Shown piece after piece: positions 1 to 9,845 of a stretch of 33,514 bases of DNA. The notes beneath the pieces are model-generated. The model was not told where the DNA came from. It was given only the letters and a program-made list of their open reading frames with translations, and did not search any database. Positions within the stretch are counted from its first letter, which is position 1. Every line of letters begins with the position of its first letter. The stretch spans positions 1 to 33,514 of the forward strand of contig JBDHIC010000018.1 of the NCBI GenBank assembly GCA_039589035.1, written 5' to 3'. The stretch is from Gemmatimonadota bacterium. Lineage in GTDB: Bacteria; Gemmatimonadota; Gemmatimonadetes; JACCXV01; JAHWKZ01. Position numbers and translations under genes: made by a program.

Positions 1-675
1 GCCAAAACTACCAATCGCAGCCGCGACCTCGACGTCGGTTTGGCATCATTGGCAGCCTATCGTTCGACCCTACCCCCTCGAGATGCAGATGAGCTCCTGC
101 CATTCGAGCGCGATCTGCGTGAACGAAGGCGCCGAGGTCACGACAAGGTCCGTAACACCCTCGATGGCGGTCGCTACAGGCGCTTCACCACCGAATATGG
201 AACGATCCTAACCACACCGACGTCGGAACGCGTCAGTTCGGGCACGATAGCCGACTTCGCCTCGGCCTGGATTTGGACCGCCTACCGACGCGTCCTGCGA
301 AAGGGTCGGATGTTTGGCCCAACCCCATCCGTCAAGCAACTCCACAAGTTAAGGTTAGCGTGCAAGAGGCTTCGGTATTTGATCGAGGTCTACGAAAGCC
401 TGTACGCGGGGGAGAAGATCGCCGAGCTGATCGACACCCTGCAGGACTTTCAGACGCTGCTCGGCGACTTGCACGACGCCGACGTTCAGCGTCGCGAGAT
501 GGAGAGATTCATCCGCGCCACGACGGCTCCGGCCACCCCAGTGGTGTACGGGTTTGTCGGAGAACTGGGGGATCGCATCGTCGTGATCCGCACAGAGTTT
601 GGTCAACGGTTCGATGCGTTTGCTCGACCATCGAACGAATGGCGTTTTCGGGAGTTGTTTCAGCCGAATCGGTAA
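1..675 (+). CDS. CHAD-domain polyphosphate-binding protein, 5'-truncated by the window edge
   Basis: Frame is open from position 1 (AKTTNRSRDLDVGL...). It carries the CHAD motifs RDLDV, LHKLRLACKRLRY and LQTLLGDLHDADV, and lies next to ppk2. Confidence 0.88.
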   Translation, partial: AKTTNRSRDLDVGLASLAAYRSTLPPRDADELLPFERDLRERRRRGHDKVRNTLDGGRYRRFTTEYGTILTTPTSERVSSGTIADFASAWIWTAYRRVLRKGRMFGPTPSVKQLHKLRLACKRLRYLIEVYESLYAGEKIAELIDTLQDFQTLLGDLHDADVQRREMERFIRATTAPATPVVYGFVGELGDRIVVIRTEFGQRFDAFARPSNEWRFRELFQPNR

Positions 676-690
676 CGCTGCGCCAGAACC

Positions 691-1476
691 TCAGTAAATC
701 TCAGGTACGAACGTCTGATCCGACATCGGTGGGCGCACATACCCCCCCCGCTGTCGTTCCGATAGCTCGATCGGTTCAGGGGTCAAGTCTTCGTAATCGA
801 ACATGCTCAGCAGGTGACTGATACAGTTCAATCTGGCCCGCCTTTTGCTGTCCGCATTGACCACGTACCAAGGCGCCTGCTTGATATCGGTGTAGGCGAA
901 CATCGCGTCCTTGGCTTTCGAGTACTCGACCCATTTGAGACGGGCTTGCAGATCCATCGGACTCAGCTTCCAGCGTCGTGTGGGGTCGTCTATGCGTTGT
1001 TGGAAGCGTCGCTCCTGTTCCTCGTCGCTGACCGAGAACCAGTACTTGATCAGCTTGATGTCAGATCTAACCAGAGAGCGCTCGAACTCGGGAACGCTCC
1101 GAAAGAACTCCTGATACTCTTCGTCCGTGCAGAAGCCCATGACACGCTCCACGCCGGCGCGGTTGTACCAGCTGCGATCGAACAGGATCATCTCACCGGC
1201 GGCCGGAAGCTCCTTGACGTAGCGTTGGAAGTACCACTGTGTTTTCTCGCGTTCGGTCGGAGTGGCAAGCGCTACGACGCGAACGATGCGCGGGTTACAA
1301 CGTTGTGTGATGCGTTTGAGCACGCCGCCTTTCCCGGCTGCATCGCGACCCTCGAAGATGACGACCGCCTTCCCACCGGTGTGCTTGATCCACTGCTGCA
1401 GCTTGACGAGCTCGGTCTGCAACCGCGCGAGCTCTCGATTGTACGTCTTCTTGTCGAGCGATTTCTTATCGCTCAT
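691..1476 (-). CDS. ppk2: Polyphosphate kinase 2
   Basis: Walker A FEGRDAAGKGG, WYFQRY, Walker B FDRSWYNR and lid WKLSPMD; 261 aa single domain. Confidence 0.96.
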   Translation of the reverse strand: MSDKKSLDKKTYNRELARLQTELVKLQQWIKHTGGKAVVIFEGRDAAGKGGVLKRITQRCNPRIVRVVALATPTEREKTQWYFQRYVKELPAAGEMILFDRSWYNRAGVERVMGFCTDEEYQEFFRSVPEFERSLVRSDIKLIKYWFSVSDEEQERRFQQRIDDPTRRWKLSPMDLQARLKWVEYSKAKDAMFAYTDIKQAPWYVVNADSKRRARLNCISHLLSMFDYEDLTPEPIELSERQRGGYVRPPMSDQTFVPEIY

Positions 1477-1486
1477 GACAACAGTC

Positions 1487-1954
1487 TCATTCTGGAGCCA
1501 TCCCCTTGGAGGCGAGTTCTTCGATAGCGGACGTTGACTTTTTCAACGACTGCAAGCCCATACCCTTCAGTACTGGGTGGGCCTTCGTGAACTGGATCTC
1601 GGCGTAGTCGACGATCTGAATGTGGTTGCCCCACGGATCGAGAAAATCGCGGCCCGAGGGCGACAAGATGTCAGCGCCGGCTTGTCGTGCCGCGCGCACG
1701 ACCTTTTTGATGTCATCCACGACCAGACCGAAGTGTCGATGGGTGTCGGGGGCCTGAGATCGGCCCTCGCTCAGAGCGATGAACTGATCACCTAAGTCGA
1801 TGAACGCCATGCTCTTTCCACGACTTCGAAGACGCAGGTCGAACAACTGGCCGTAAAACTCCAGTGCCGCGTCGATGTCCCCGACTTCCAACGCGACGTG
1901 GTTCACGCCTACGGCTCGGGCCGGCTGGGTACCCCGATCAGTCGAAATGGCCAT
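1487..1954 (-). CDS. VOC (glyoxalase/bleomycin resistance) family protein
   Basis: Motifs GVNHVALEVGDIDAALEFY, HFGLVVDD and FLDPWGNHIQIV. Start moved to the ATG at 1954 because the longer ORF extension overlaps the divergent gene. Confidence 0.85.
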   Translation of the reverse strand: MAISTDRGTQPARAVGVNHVALEVGDIDAALEFYGQLFDLRLRSRGKSMAFIDLGDQFIALSEGRSQAPDTHRHFGLVVDDIKKVVRAARQAGADILSPSGRDFLDPWGNHIQIVDYAEIQFTKAHPVLKGMGLQSLKKSTSAIEELASKGMAPE

Positions 1955-2055
1955 CGACGCGTACGATAGTATGCAGTTGGACAGAGCACCACCGTCGCGA
2001 GCGTCAAACCGGCCGTCCCGGCTCGGTGTTTTCATTAGGGGAACCAAGGACCGAT

Positions 2056-2904
2056 ATGAGAGTCTGCCTACGCCAGCGACGCTACACACTGATTGGGCTC
2101 CTGCTGGGAGTTGTTGCGCTCGTGTATCCGATCGGTCTAGCCTCCCAAACCCTGGCCCGTAGCAATGTTCGGCCGACCGCGATTCCACTGCTGGGGTTGG
2201 GTTCGCCGCCAGCGGCGTCCGCGGAACTCGACAGCCTGTTGCAAATCCTCGAGCGATTCGATGCGGATCGCGTCGACGAGTTGGTGGCGCGCTACGATCA
2301 ACGCGGCAACGCCGAGAAACGAAGCCTCGAACAGCGCTTTGGCGTGATCCAGCACCGGTTCCGAGTTGACGCCGACCCGCGAGGGATCTTTCAGCGCTGG
2401 GTAGCTGCGGGTTATGGGGAATCGATTCTCGTTGATGCGCTCAAAGAGATCACGCAGGGCCGTTATTCCGCGTACTATTTCTTCGATGGCGTCATTCGTC
2501 CCAACGTGTTTGCGTCCGACCGCTACTTGGCTCGTCAGGAGAGCGCCGTCCATGAAAAGGTCCACCTCATCCAGCCTGCGATCTACCGGCGTTTGAGCCT
2601 TCGCTGCCGGTGGACAAACCCGCTTGATAGTTGCGTCCGGAGCCTCGAACCGGTGGCTGTCTACTTAACTGAATACGCGGTGCTAGATCGACGTTCGCCG
2701 CACTTGCCCGACGGCAGCATCAACCGGGCGATTGAACGCTACCTGGTAAGGGAAGCCGAGCGCTGCCGGTACGCCACTGACACGCCACGTTGCCCCGCAC
2801 CGCATCGAATTCGTGAGTACATCGAGTTGCCGCTCGAGGTAGCCCGGCTGGTGGAACGGCACGGCCTCGAGGGCGGCATCGTGAGGTTCGTGAACCGCCT
2901 GTAA
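2056..2904 (+). CDS. Hypothetical exported or membrane-anchored protein with an HExxH (zincin-like) motif
   Basis: AAGGA RBS before ATG 2056; basic then hydrophobic N-terminus (RQRRYTLIGLLLGVVALVY); AVHEKVHLIQ at 2545-2574. Confidence 0.65.
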   Translation: MRVCLRQRRYTLIGLLLGVVALVYPIGLASQTLARSNVRPTAIPLLGLGSPPAASAELDSLLQILERFDADRVDELVARYDQRGNAEKRSLEQRFGVIQHRFRVDADPRGIFQRWVAAGYGESILVDALKEITQGRYSAYYFFDGVIRPNVFASDRYLARQESAVHEKVHLIQPAIYRRLSLRCRWTNPLDSCVRSLEPVAVYLTEYAVLDRRSPHLPDGSINRAIERYLVREAERCRYATDTPRCPAPHRIREYIELPLEVARLVERHGLEGGIVRFVNRL

Positions 2905-2920
2905 GGCATCCTGCCGAACT

Positions 2921-3676
2921 TTATGGCGCCGGCCAATCCCTCATGATGGTCCCGAGGTCGATGTTGGGGGCGATCAGGCAGATGTGGCCGTGACCATGGA
3001 GTACACGAGAAGTCGCGCGCGGTAACCGTTCCGCCATATACTGAGCTTGTTCAACAGACGGAACGAGGTGGTCTTCCTCTGCCGCGAGCAACAGGGTCGG
3101 CGCGGTGATCTGATGCAGCTGGTCGCGGACATCGTAATGCTTCAAGATTCGAAGCCGGTTCAGATATCCCCGCCGGGTCGTCTCGGTGGTGAGCTTGAGG
3201 AATCGACGAATCTCGTTGCGGTGAGTGAAGTGGGAGTGGAGGCGCGTGGCGGTGAATTGTCGCACCAGCGTCATCGCCTTCCACGGGAAGATCCGCAGGG
3301 TAGAGATCACTACCCTCAATCGTGTCTGGGGCAGGTAACGTGGAAACGAGTTTATGATTACAAGCGCTCGCACGAGTTCCGGTCGTTCTAGCGCAAAACT
3401 GAGCCCGAGTGCGCCGCCGAACGATTCGCCGAGAATGACGGCTGGCTCGTTCGAGGGCGAGATCGATCGGATCACGCCGGCGAGATCGTCAATCAACGTC
3501 CCCATTTCGGACGCGGTATCGCGCAGGGCGTATGTGGCGACACGATAGTCCGGTGCCAAGAGCGGTTTTTGCCGGTAGAAGAGCTTGCCCGTTCCATCCA
3601 TACCGGGGACGCAAACCAAGGGCGGGCCCACTCCGTCAGCCGATACGCCCGGGTCGTATGAATCGCGATCAGTCAT
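2921..3676 (-). CDS. Alpha/beta hydrolase fold protein
   Basis: VPGMDGTG oxyanion region, GESFGG nucleophile elbow, EDHLVP acid and GHGHICL His. Start is ATG 3676 or GTG 3679. Confidence 0.9.
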   Translation of the reverse strand: MTDRDSYDPGVSADGVGPPLVCVPGMDGTGKLFYRQKPLLAPDYRVATYALRDTASEMGTLIDDLAGVIRSISPSNEPAVILGESFGGALGLSFALERPELVRALVIINSFPRYLPQTRLRVVISTLRIFPWKAMTLVRQFTATRLHSHFTHRNEIRRFLKLTTETTRRGYLNRLRILKHYDVRDQLHQITAPTLLLAAEEDHLVPSVEQAQYMAERLPRATSRVLHGHGHICLIAPNIDLGTIMRDWPAP

Positions 3677-3686
3677 CACTGCAACA

Positions 3687-4439
3687 ATGATGAACGATAG
3701 AGAACCGAGCGTCGACCGGGAACGCCGAATCAGCCGTTATGGCCGAGTAGCCTGGGCGTTTGTGACGCTGTTTGTTGTAGAGAGCATCGTCTTCGGGCTG
3801 TCGGTGCTACCGGCGGCGCTCTTCTGGGAATGGCATTTCAGCTGGACACTCTCGCCCCGGTGGTTGCGGGTGGTCGTTCTTGCGATGTCGTTTGTGCCAG
3901 CCTACATGCTCTTCGCGGTATCGCTCATGGTCCTCTCGGGTTGGGCCACGCGGATCACGGGGTGGCGGACTCCACCCAACGTCGAACTCAAGGTATCGGA
4001 CCTCGACTGGGCACTCCTCGATTGGGCCCGTTACATGGTATCGACTCATCTGGTGCGGATCTTCGCCGGCGTTCTGTTCCGATCGACTCCGGTGTGGACG
4101 ATGTATCACCGCTTGAACGGAGGGCGCATCGGTCACGGCGTCTACATCAACAGCATCTCGCTTACGGACCACAACTTGCTCGAGTTTGACGATCGCGTCG
4201 TGATCGGCTCCGACGTACATCTTTCGGGTCATACAGTCGAGGCTGGCGTGCTCAAGACCGCCCCGGTAAAACTCGGGCGCAACGTAACGATCGGCATCGG
4301 GAGCGTAGTCGGGATCGGCGTGGAAGTCGGGGCCGATGCGCAGGTTGGCGCGCTCAGCGTGGTACCGAAGTTCCGGAAGCTCGAGCCCGGCTCGGTCTAC
4401 GGTGGGGTTTCGATCAAACGTCTAAACGGCTCCGCCTGA
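3687..4439 (+). CDS. Membrane protein with a C-terminal hexapeptide-repeat (left-handed beta-helix) acyltransferase-like domain
   Basis: Two N-terminal hydrophobic segments, then GRIGHGVYIN, VVIGSDVHLSGH, VKLGRNVTIGIGSVV and VEVGADAQVGALSVV repeats. Start uncertain. Confidence 0.8.
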   Translation: MMNDREPSVDRERRISRYGRVAWAFVTLFVVESIVFGLSVLPAALFWEWHFSWTLSPRWLRVVVLAMSFVPAYMLFAVSLMVLSGWATRITGWRTPPNVELKVSDLDWALLDWARYMVSTHLVRIFAGVLFRSTPVWTMYHRLNGGRIGHGVYINSISLTDHNLLEFDDRVVIGSDVHLSGHTVEAGVLKTAPVKLGRNVTIGIGSVVGIGVEVGADAQVGALSVVPKFRKLEPGSVYGGVSIKRLNGSA

Positions 4440-5378
4440 CACACGGCTGGACGCTCGCTCCTCCCACCAGGCGATCGTCTGACGGAGGCCCTCCTCGAGG
4501 GGTACTTGCGCATCAAAGCCGAATAGCTCTCGTGCGCGATTCGTGTCGAGTGATCGCCGCAACTGGCCATCGGGCTTTGACGAGTCCCATCGCACTTCGC
4601 CTCCGAAGCCCGTCAGCTTGGCGATCAGCGCAACGACCTCACGAATCGCGATTTCGTGCCCGGTGCCGACGTTAACCGGTTCCGATCCGTCATAGTGTTG
4701 AGTGGCCAGTAGAATCGCCCGCGCCGCGTCCCCGACGTATAGAAACTCGCGACTGGCCGCGCCCGTGCCCCACACCTCGACGCTCTCAGCGCCAGCGTCC
4801 CTCGCTTCAACGAATTTGCGAATCAGGGCAGGGATAACGTGACTCGTCTCCAGGTCAAAGTTGTCCCGCGGGCCGTAGAGGTTCGCGGGTACCAGGTGGA
4901 TCCCGATCAGGCCATATTGCCTCCGGTAACCCTGGAGCATCACAAGCAGCGCTTTTTTGGCCACCCCGTAGGGGGCGTTTGTTTCTTCCGGATAGCCATT
5001 CCACAGGTCGTCCTCGTGGAACGGAACTCGAGCCCCATTGGGGTATGCACACGCGCTTCCTATCTGCACGACTTTTTCGACACCATGGCGCCGGCTCTCT
5101 TCGATCACGTTGAGGCCCATCACCATGTTGCCATAGAAGAACCGGCCCGGCTCGGCGACGTTGGCGCCTATTCCGCCGACGTCGGCAGCGAGATGGACAA
5201 CGATCTCGGGCCTTGCTTTGGCGAACAGCCGGCGCGTCGCCTCTTGTTCGGTCAAGTCGTGATCACGGCTTCGAGCAACAGTTGTTTGCGCCCCCTCGGC
5301 ATCGAGGAGCGACGTCAGGTGGGACCCAAGAAAGCCACCGCCACCCGTCACCAAGACCCGTTTTTGGCTGAGTTTCAT
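4422..5378 (-). CDS. fcl: GDP-L-fucose synthase
   Basis: Motifs [33 protein letters not shown] and [11 protein letters not shown]; ATGA overlap with the gmd stop. Confidence 0.96.
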   Translation of the reverse strand: MKLSQKRVLVTGGGGFLGSHLTSLLDAEGAQTTVARSRDHDLTEQEATRRLFAKARPEIVVHLAADVGGIGANVAEPGRFFYGNMVMGLNVIEESRRHGVEKVVQIGSACAYPNGARVPFHEDDLWNGYPEETNAPYGVAKKALLVMLQGYRRQYGLIGIHLVPANLYGPRDNFDLETSHVIPALIRKFVEARDAGAESVEVWGTGAASREFLYVGDAARAILLATQHYDGSEPVNVGTGHEIAIREVVALIAKLTGFGGEVRWDSSKPDGQLRRSLDTNRARELFGFDAQVPLEEGLRQTIAWWEERASSRVSGGAV

Positions 5379-6421
5379 TGGTCGCGGCGCCCCTCGAGCC
5401 ACTCGACCTGCTTCAGTCCCGCGTCCACCAGTGTTCGCTCGTGGTCAGCCAGCTCCATGTCGGCCTCGACCATCATCTTGACCAGCTGATCAAACGTCAC
5501 GGTGGGTTCCCAGCCGAGCACACGCTGGGCTTTCGACGCGTCGCCCTCCACTAGGTCGACCTCCGCCGGACGCATGTAGCGCGGATCGATCTTGACGTAC
5601 TTCTCCCAATCGAGATCGACCAGAGCGAAAGCGGTTTCGCAGAACTTGCGAACGGAATGTCGGACCCCGGTGGCGATCACGAAGTCGTCGGGGTCGTCTT
5701 GTTGCAGCATCATCCACATCGCTCGTACGTAGTCGCCGGCGAACCCCCAGTCGCGCTCTGCATCGAGATTGCCGAGGTAGAGTCGCTCCTGCAGACCACG
5801 TTTTATCCTCGCCACCGCCCGGGTGATCTTCCGGGTTACAAACGTTTCGCCACGTCGAGGCGACTCATGATTGAACAGGATGCCATTGCAGTTGAACATC
5901 CCATAAGCCTCACGGTGGTTCAGCGTCTGCCAGAAGCTGTACACCTTGGCCACGGCGTAGGGGCTGCGCGGGTGAAACGGAGTCTCCTCGTTCTGTGGCA
6001 CTTCGGTCACCTTGCCAAACATCTCTGACGACGATGCCTGGTAGAAACGCACCGGCTGGTCGAGTTGACGGATCGCTTCGAGTAGACGCAGCGCGCCGAG
6101 TGCGACGACGTCCGCAGTGTAGATCGGGTTCAGAAACGAAACCGCGACGTGAGATTGGGCCCCGAGGTTGTAGACCTCGGTCGGTTGGATTTCTTGAAGC
6201 AGCCGACTGAGCGTGTTGCCGTCGGTCAGATCCCCATAGTGGAGGAATAGCCGCGCGGACTCGATGTGGGGATCGAGGTAAAGGTGGTCGATACGCTCGG
6301 TTCCGAACGTGGACGAGCGCCTGACGAGCCCATGTACCTCGTAACCTTTGGCCAACAGGAGTTCGGAGAGATAGGACCCGTCTTGACCAGTGATGCCGGT
6401 GATGAAGGCGCGCTGTGCCAC
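5375..6421 (-). CDS. gmd: GDP-mannose 4,6-dehydratase
   Basis: Motifs [40 protein letters not shown] and [17 protein letters not shown]; GTG start with GGAG RBS. Confidence 0.97.
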   Translation of the reverse strand: MAQRAFITGITGQDGSYLSELLLAKGYEVHGLVRRSSTFGTERIDHLYLDPHIESARLFLHYGDLTDGNTLSRLLQEIQPTEVYNLGAQSHVAVSFLNPIYTADVVALGALRLLEAIRQLDQPVRFYQASSSEMFGKVTEVPQNEETPFHPRSPYAVAKVYSFWQTLNHREAYGMFNCNGILFNHESPRRGETFVTRKITRAVARIKRGLQERLYLGNLDAERDWGFAGDYVRAMWMMLQQDDPDDFVIATGVRHSVRKFCETAFALVDLDWEKYVKIDPRYMRPAEVDLVEGDASKAQRVLGWEPTVTFDQLVKMMVEADMELADHERTLVDAGLKQVEWLEGRRDQ

Positions 6422-6429
6422 TCCCGCTC

Positions 6430-7350
6430 CTAGAACAGGTTCTTGAGGACAAACATTACGTTTGCCGGCCGTTCGGCCAACCTACGCATGTACCAGGGGT
6501 ACCAATCGGGACCGTAGCTGATCAGGACGCGCACATGGTGGTTCTGCTCGGCCAACCGGCGCTGATCCCGGACACAGATCCCGTACAACATCTGAATTTC
6601 GTAGGCGTCTGAGGGGATCCCCGCAGATCGGGACCGTTGCACGATCTGCTCGAGAAGCGCCCCGTCGTGGGTACCAAAAGCGGCGCGCAACCCATTACCG
6701 ATGTGCGGCAACATCATCTCGGCGCATTTCATGAAGTTATCGTCAACATCTTGTTTTCTAGGGAACGCGACGTTCTTGGGCTCCATGTAAGCTCCCTTGA
6801 CGAGCCGAATCGCCGGGTTCAGCGGGATCAACCCGCTGAGATCATCAGCTGTGCGGTAGAGATAGGATTGCAGACATACTCCGACATTGGCGAACCGTTG
6901 GCGAGCACGCCGAAACAACTCGAGGGTAACATCGACGTAGTCGCTCATCTCCATGTCGATCCACACCCAGTTGTCCTTCTGATCAGCGTGCTCGATGAGC
7001 GCCTCGAGCTTCTGATAAGTGTGCTCCTGATCGAGATCAAGCCCGAGCTGGGTCAGTTTGATCGACACCTCGGTCTTGAGCCCCCGCTCGTTGATGCGAT
7101 CGATCGCTCGCAAGTAGTGAGCGGTAACTGCGTCCGCTTCGCCGAGGTCGTTCAGGTTCTCCCCGAGGCGGGTGATGATCGTGGTCATCCCCAACGCGGA
7201 GAGCTTTTCCGTTACCGCCAGGGCCGACTCGACATCCTCCCCCGGCATGAAGCGGCGAACCGCACGGCGAACGGGGGGAAGCCGCGGCACGGTGCGTTTG
7301 AGCCGTGGGTTCTGCGACGCCCATAAGAGGGCGCTCTTGGCTGGATTCAA
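6430..7350 (-). CDS. Monofunctional proline dehydrogenase
   Basis: Motifs [38 protein letters not shown] and YMRRLAERP; 306 aa, TTG start. Confidence 0.93.
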   Translation of the reverse strand: MNPAKSALLWASQNPRLKRTVPRLPPVRRAVRRFMPGEDVESALAVTEKLSALGMTTIITRLGENLNDLGEADAVTAHYLRAIDRINERGLKTEVSIKLTQLGLDLDQEHTYQKLEALIEHADQKDNWVWIDMEMSDYVDVTLELFRRARQRFANVGVCLQSYLYRTADDLSGLIPLNPAIRLVKGAYMEPKNVAFPRKQDVDDNFMKCAEMMLPHIGNGLRAAFGTHDGALLEQIVQRSRSAGIPSDAYEIQMLYGICVRDQRRLAEQNHHVRVLISYGPDWYPWYMRRLAERPANVMFVLKNLF

Positions 7351-7447
7351 GGACTGATCTCCGTTTGCGTGGACCCCATGGGCGCGGAGGTTAAACTAGA
7401 TCACGTCGATCGAAAAGCCGCGAGGGGTTCATCAGGGAGGCAAATCG

Positions 7448-8463
7448 ATGAAAATGCGTGCCGCCGTCCTCGAGGAGTTCGGCCAGCCGTTGGTTGTCCA
7501 GGATGTTGACCTGGCGCCCCCCAAGGTGGGGGAGGTGCTCGTCAAAGTACACGCTTGCGGCGTATGCCATACCGATCTCTACACCGCCAGCGGCGCTGAC
7601 CCCAGCGGGTACACTCCGTGTGTGCTTGGCCACGAAGGCGCCGGTGTCGTGACCCAGGTCGGGGAAGGGGTAACGCTCGTTCAGCCGGGCGACCACGTGA
7701 TCACGCTGTTCTCGCCCGAGTGTGGCAAGTGCATCCATTGTAAGAGCGGCAAGACCAACATCTGCTTGGCGATTCGCGAGCAGCAAGGGAAGGGTAGATC
7801 GCGCTCGCCAAGATCGATCCCGCGGCCAGCCTCGAGACGGTTTGTATGCTGGCGTGTGGAGCCACCACCGGGCTGGCGGCGGCGCTGTGGAAGACCGAGG
7901 TCGAAGCCGGGTCGACGTGCGCCGTTTTTGGTTGTGGAATGGTAGGGCTCGGAGCGGTGCTCGGGTGTGCGATGCAGGGTGCGAAGAGAGTCATCGCCGT
8001 CGACCTGTCGGAGAAACGTCTCGAGCTGGCCAGAGGGGCCGGCGCGACAGATACGATCGTGGCCGACCAGGATCCGGTGGACCGTATTCTGGAGATGACC
8101 GACGGCTTTGGCGCCGACTACACGTTTGAAGCGACCGGGCTGGTCCGAGTCATGGGCCAAGCGGTCGAAGCGGCGCGCATGGGATGGGGGACGTGCACCG
8201 TCCTTGGTGTCGCCGGCAAGGGTGAGGCGCTCGAGATCATCCCGCGCTTCTTGATCACCGGGCGCAAGGTCCAGGGTGGCAGCTTTGGCGGCGCACGTGG
8301 CCGGACGCACGTGCCCCAGCTGGTCGATCTATATCTGCAAGGCAAACTCGATCTGGATCCGTTCGTCTCGCATCGCCTGACCCTGGACCAAGTGAACGAG
8401 GGCTTTGAGTTGATGGAGGCTCAGGACGGAATCCGGTCGGTGATTGTGTTCGACGCCGCGTAA
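7448..8463 (+). pseudogene. Zn-dependent class III-like alcohol/formaldehyde dehydrogenase disrupted by an internal deletion and frameshift at about 7795
   Basis: The N-part (7448-7795) has CHTD, GHEGAG and CGKCIHC...NIC, and ends at IREQQGKG. The C-part resumes in another frame at 7798 ([25 protein letters not shown]...GCGMVG). The family segment PDGTTR...HxMGxSTFxEYTV is absent. Confidence 0.88.
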
Positions 8464-8506
8464 GCGGCGACCAGTCCTCGGTCCCTCTTGATCGGAGGAG
8501 AGTACC

Positions 8507-9127
8507 ATGACCAACGGTGACGACTACCCAGTGCGCTTCGACGTCGACTACCCCGAAAAGCTCGACCAGCTCACGACCGCGTTCCGGATAGTGATGATCA
8601 TCCCGATCGCGATCGTCCTGCTCATGGTTTCCGGCGCCGCTATGAACTCCGAGGCTGGGGAGGGGGCGAAGAGTGTTGGCGGTGGTCTGCTGATCGCCGG
8701 ACCCTTACTGATGATCCTCTTCCGGCAGAAGTATCCGCGCTGGTGGTTCGACTGGAACCTCGAGCTGTTGCGCTTCACTGCCCGCGTCGAATCGTATTTC
8801 TTCCTGCTCACCGATCAGTACCCGTCGACCGACGAGGGGCAAGCGGTGCACCTCGACATCGATTACCCCGACGTCGAACGCGATCTCAACCGTTGGCTCC
8901 CGCTGGTCAAGTGGCTGCTCGCGATCCCGCACGTCATCGTATTGGCCTTCCTCTGGTTGGCGACTCTGGTGGTGGTCTTCGTCGCGTGGTTCGCGATCCT
9001 GTTTACGGGTCGGTATCCGAGAGGCCTGTTCGACTTTGTCGTCGGTGTCATGCGCTGGACTTGGCGTGCCGTGGCCTATGCGCTGGTGCTGACGACCGAT
9101 CGCTACCCGCCGTTCCGCTTGGTTTAA
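8507..9127 (+). CDS. DUF4389-like membrane protein
   Basis: Internal duplication (YPVRFDVDYP / VHLDIDYP; LFRQKYPRWWFD / LFTGRYPRGLFD; LTDQYP / TDRYPPF); strong GGAGGAG RBS. Confidence 0.85.
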   Translation: MTNGDDYPVRFDVDYPEKLDQLTTAFRIVMIIPIAIVLLMVSGAAMNSEAGEGAKSVGGGLLIAGPLLMILFRQKYPRWWFDWNLELLRFTARVESYFFLLTDQYPSTDEGQAVHLDIDYPDVERDLNRWLPLVKWLLAIPHVIVLAFLWLATLVVVFVAWFAILFTGRYPRGLFDFVVGVMRWTWRAVAYALVLTTDRYPPFRLV

Positions 9128-9128
9128 G

Positions 9129-9434
9129 GTGCGGTGGTGGCGGCGGCGTAAGGGAAAACGGGCTCGTTACGAAGGCCTTGAGTTCGCGGAGGTCGGTGAC
9201 GGAAACCCTCCACGCGTGTGGGTCGCCCAGGGACGCTCAGGCGCGCTTTCATGGGAGGCTCGAGCCGAGCGTGGGTCGGATCGTGTGGCCTGGGGGTTGA
9301 GTGTGCAGGGCACGCTGACGGGAAGCCAGGCCGTGTCGGGAACCGCCGCTGACGCCTATTCGGCACAAGACCACTGCCGGGCGGCGCTTCGGAAGATCAT
9401 CGACGAACACAACGAATTCGCCGATATCGCGTGA
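9129..9434 (+). CDS. Hypothetical protein
   Basis: 101-aa ORF starting with GTG 1 nt after the DUF4389 stop and filling the gap to the ArsR promoter; no recognisable motif. Confidence 0.4.
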   Translation: MRWWRRRKGKRARYEGLEFAEVGDGNPPRVWVAQGRSGALSWEARAERGSDRVAWGLSVQGTLTGSQAVSGTAADAYSAQDHCRAALRKIIDEHNEFADIA

Positions 9435-9461
9435 CGAATCAGCAGCGTGAAGGCGACGCTG

Positions 9462-9508
9462 TTGACACGAACTTATAATCAGTGTATACTTATATAAGTA
9501 ATGGCTTA
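9462..9508 (+). promoter_or_regulatory. Sigma70-type promoter with overlapping putative ArsR operator
   Basis: TTGACA (9462-9467), 17-nt spacer, TATACT (9485-9490). Perfect palindrome TACTTATATAAGTA at 9487-9500. Tandem imperfect sites TCAGT-N4-ACTTA (9479-9492) and TAAGT-N4-GCTTA (9495-9508). Confidence 0.8.
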
Positions 9509-9845
9509 CCAAAGTGTCCTGAGTGCTCTCTCTGACCCCACTCGCCAAGCATTGCTCGAACGGTTGCGGGAGCGACCCCACTCGGTCGGCGAGCTCGCGC
9601 ACCGCCTGCCAGTGAGTCAGCCAGCTGTCTCGCAACATTTGCGAGTGCTGCGGGAAGCCCGGCTGGTCACGTTGCGCAAGGACGGCACCCGCCGGATCTA
9701 CAGCTTGGATCCGACTGGGCTGGATGACCTGCGCGCATACGTCGAGTCGTTCTGGAGCGGTGTGCTGGACAGCTACGCGGCCCACACCGCGGAGCGGCGT
9801 CAGAGCGCAATGCAAAAGGAGAAAGAGAGGTCCAACGATGAATGA
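9501..9845 (+). CDS. ArsR/SmtB-family transcriptional regulator
   Basis: Motifs ALSDPTRQALL, SVGELA...VSQPAVSQHLRVLREARLV and GTRRIYSL. Confidence 0.93.
   Translation: MAYQSVLSALSDPTRQALLERLRERPHSVGELAHRLPVSQPAVSQHLRVLREARLVTLRKDGTRRIYSLDPTGLDDLRAYVESFWSGVLDSYAAHTAERRQSAMQKEKERSNDE

Noticed and set aside
7780-7850. Programmed ribosomal frameshift joining the adh halves (also considered at about 27250)
   Set aside because: Conserved sequence is physically missing, so frameshifting could not restore the protein, and there is no canonical slippery heptamer.
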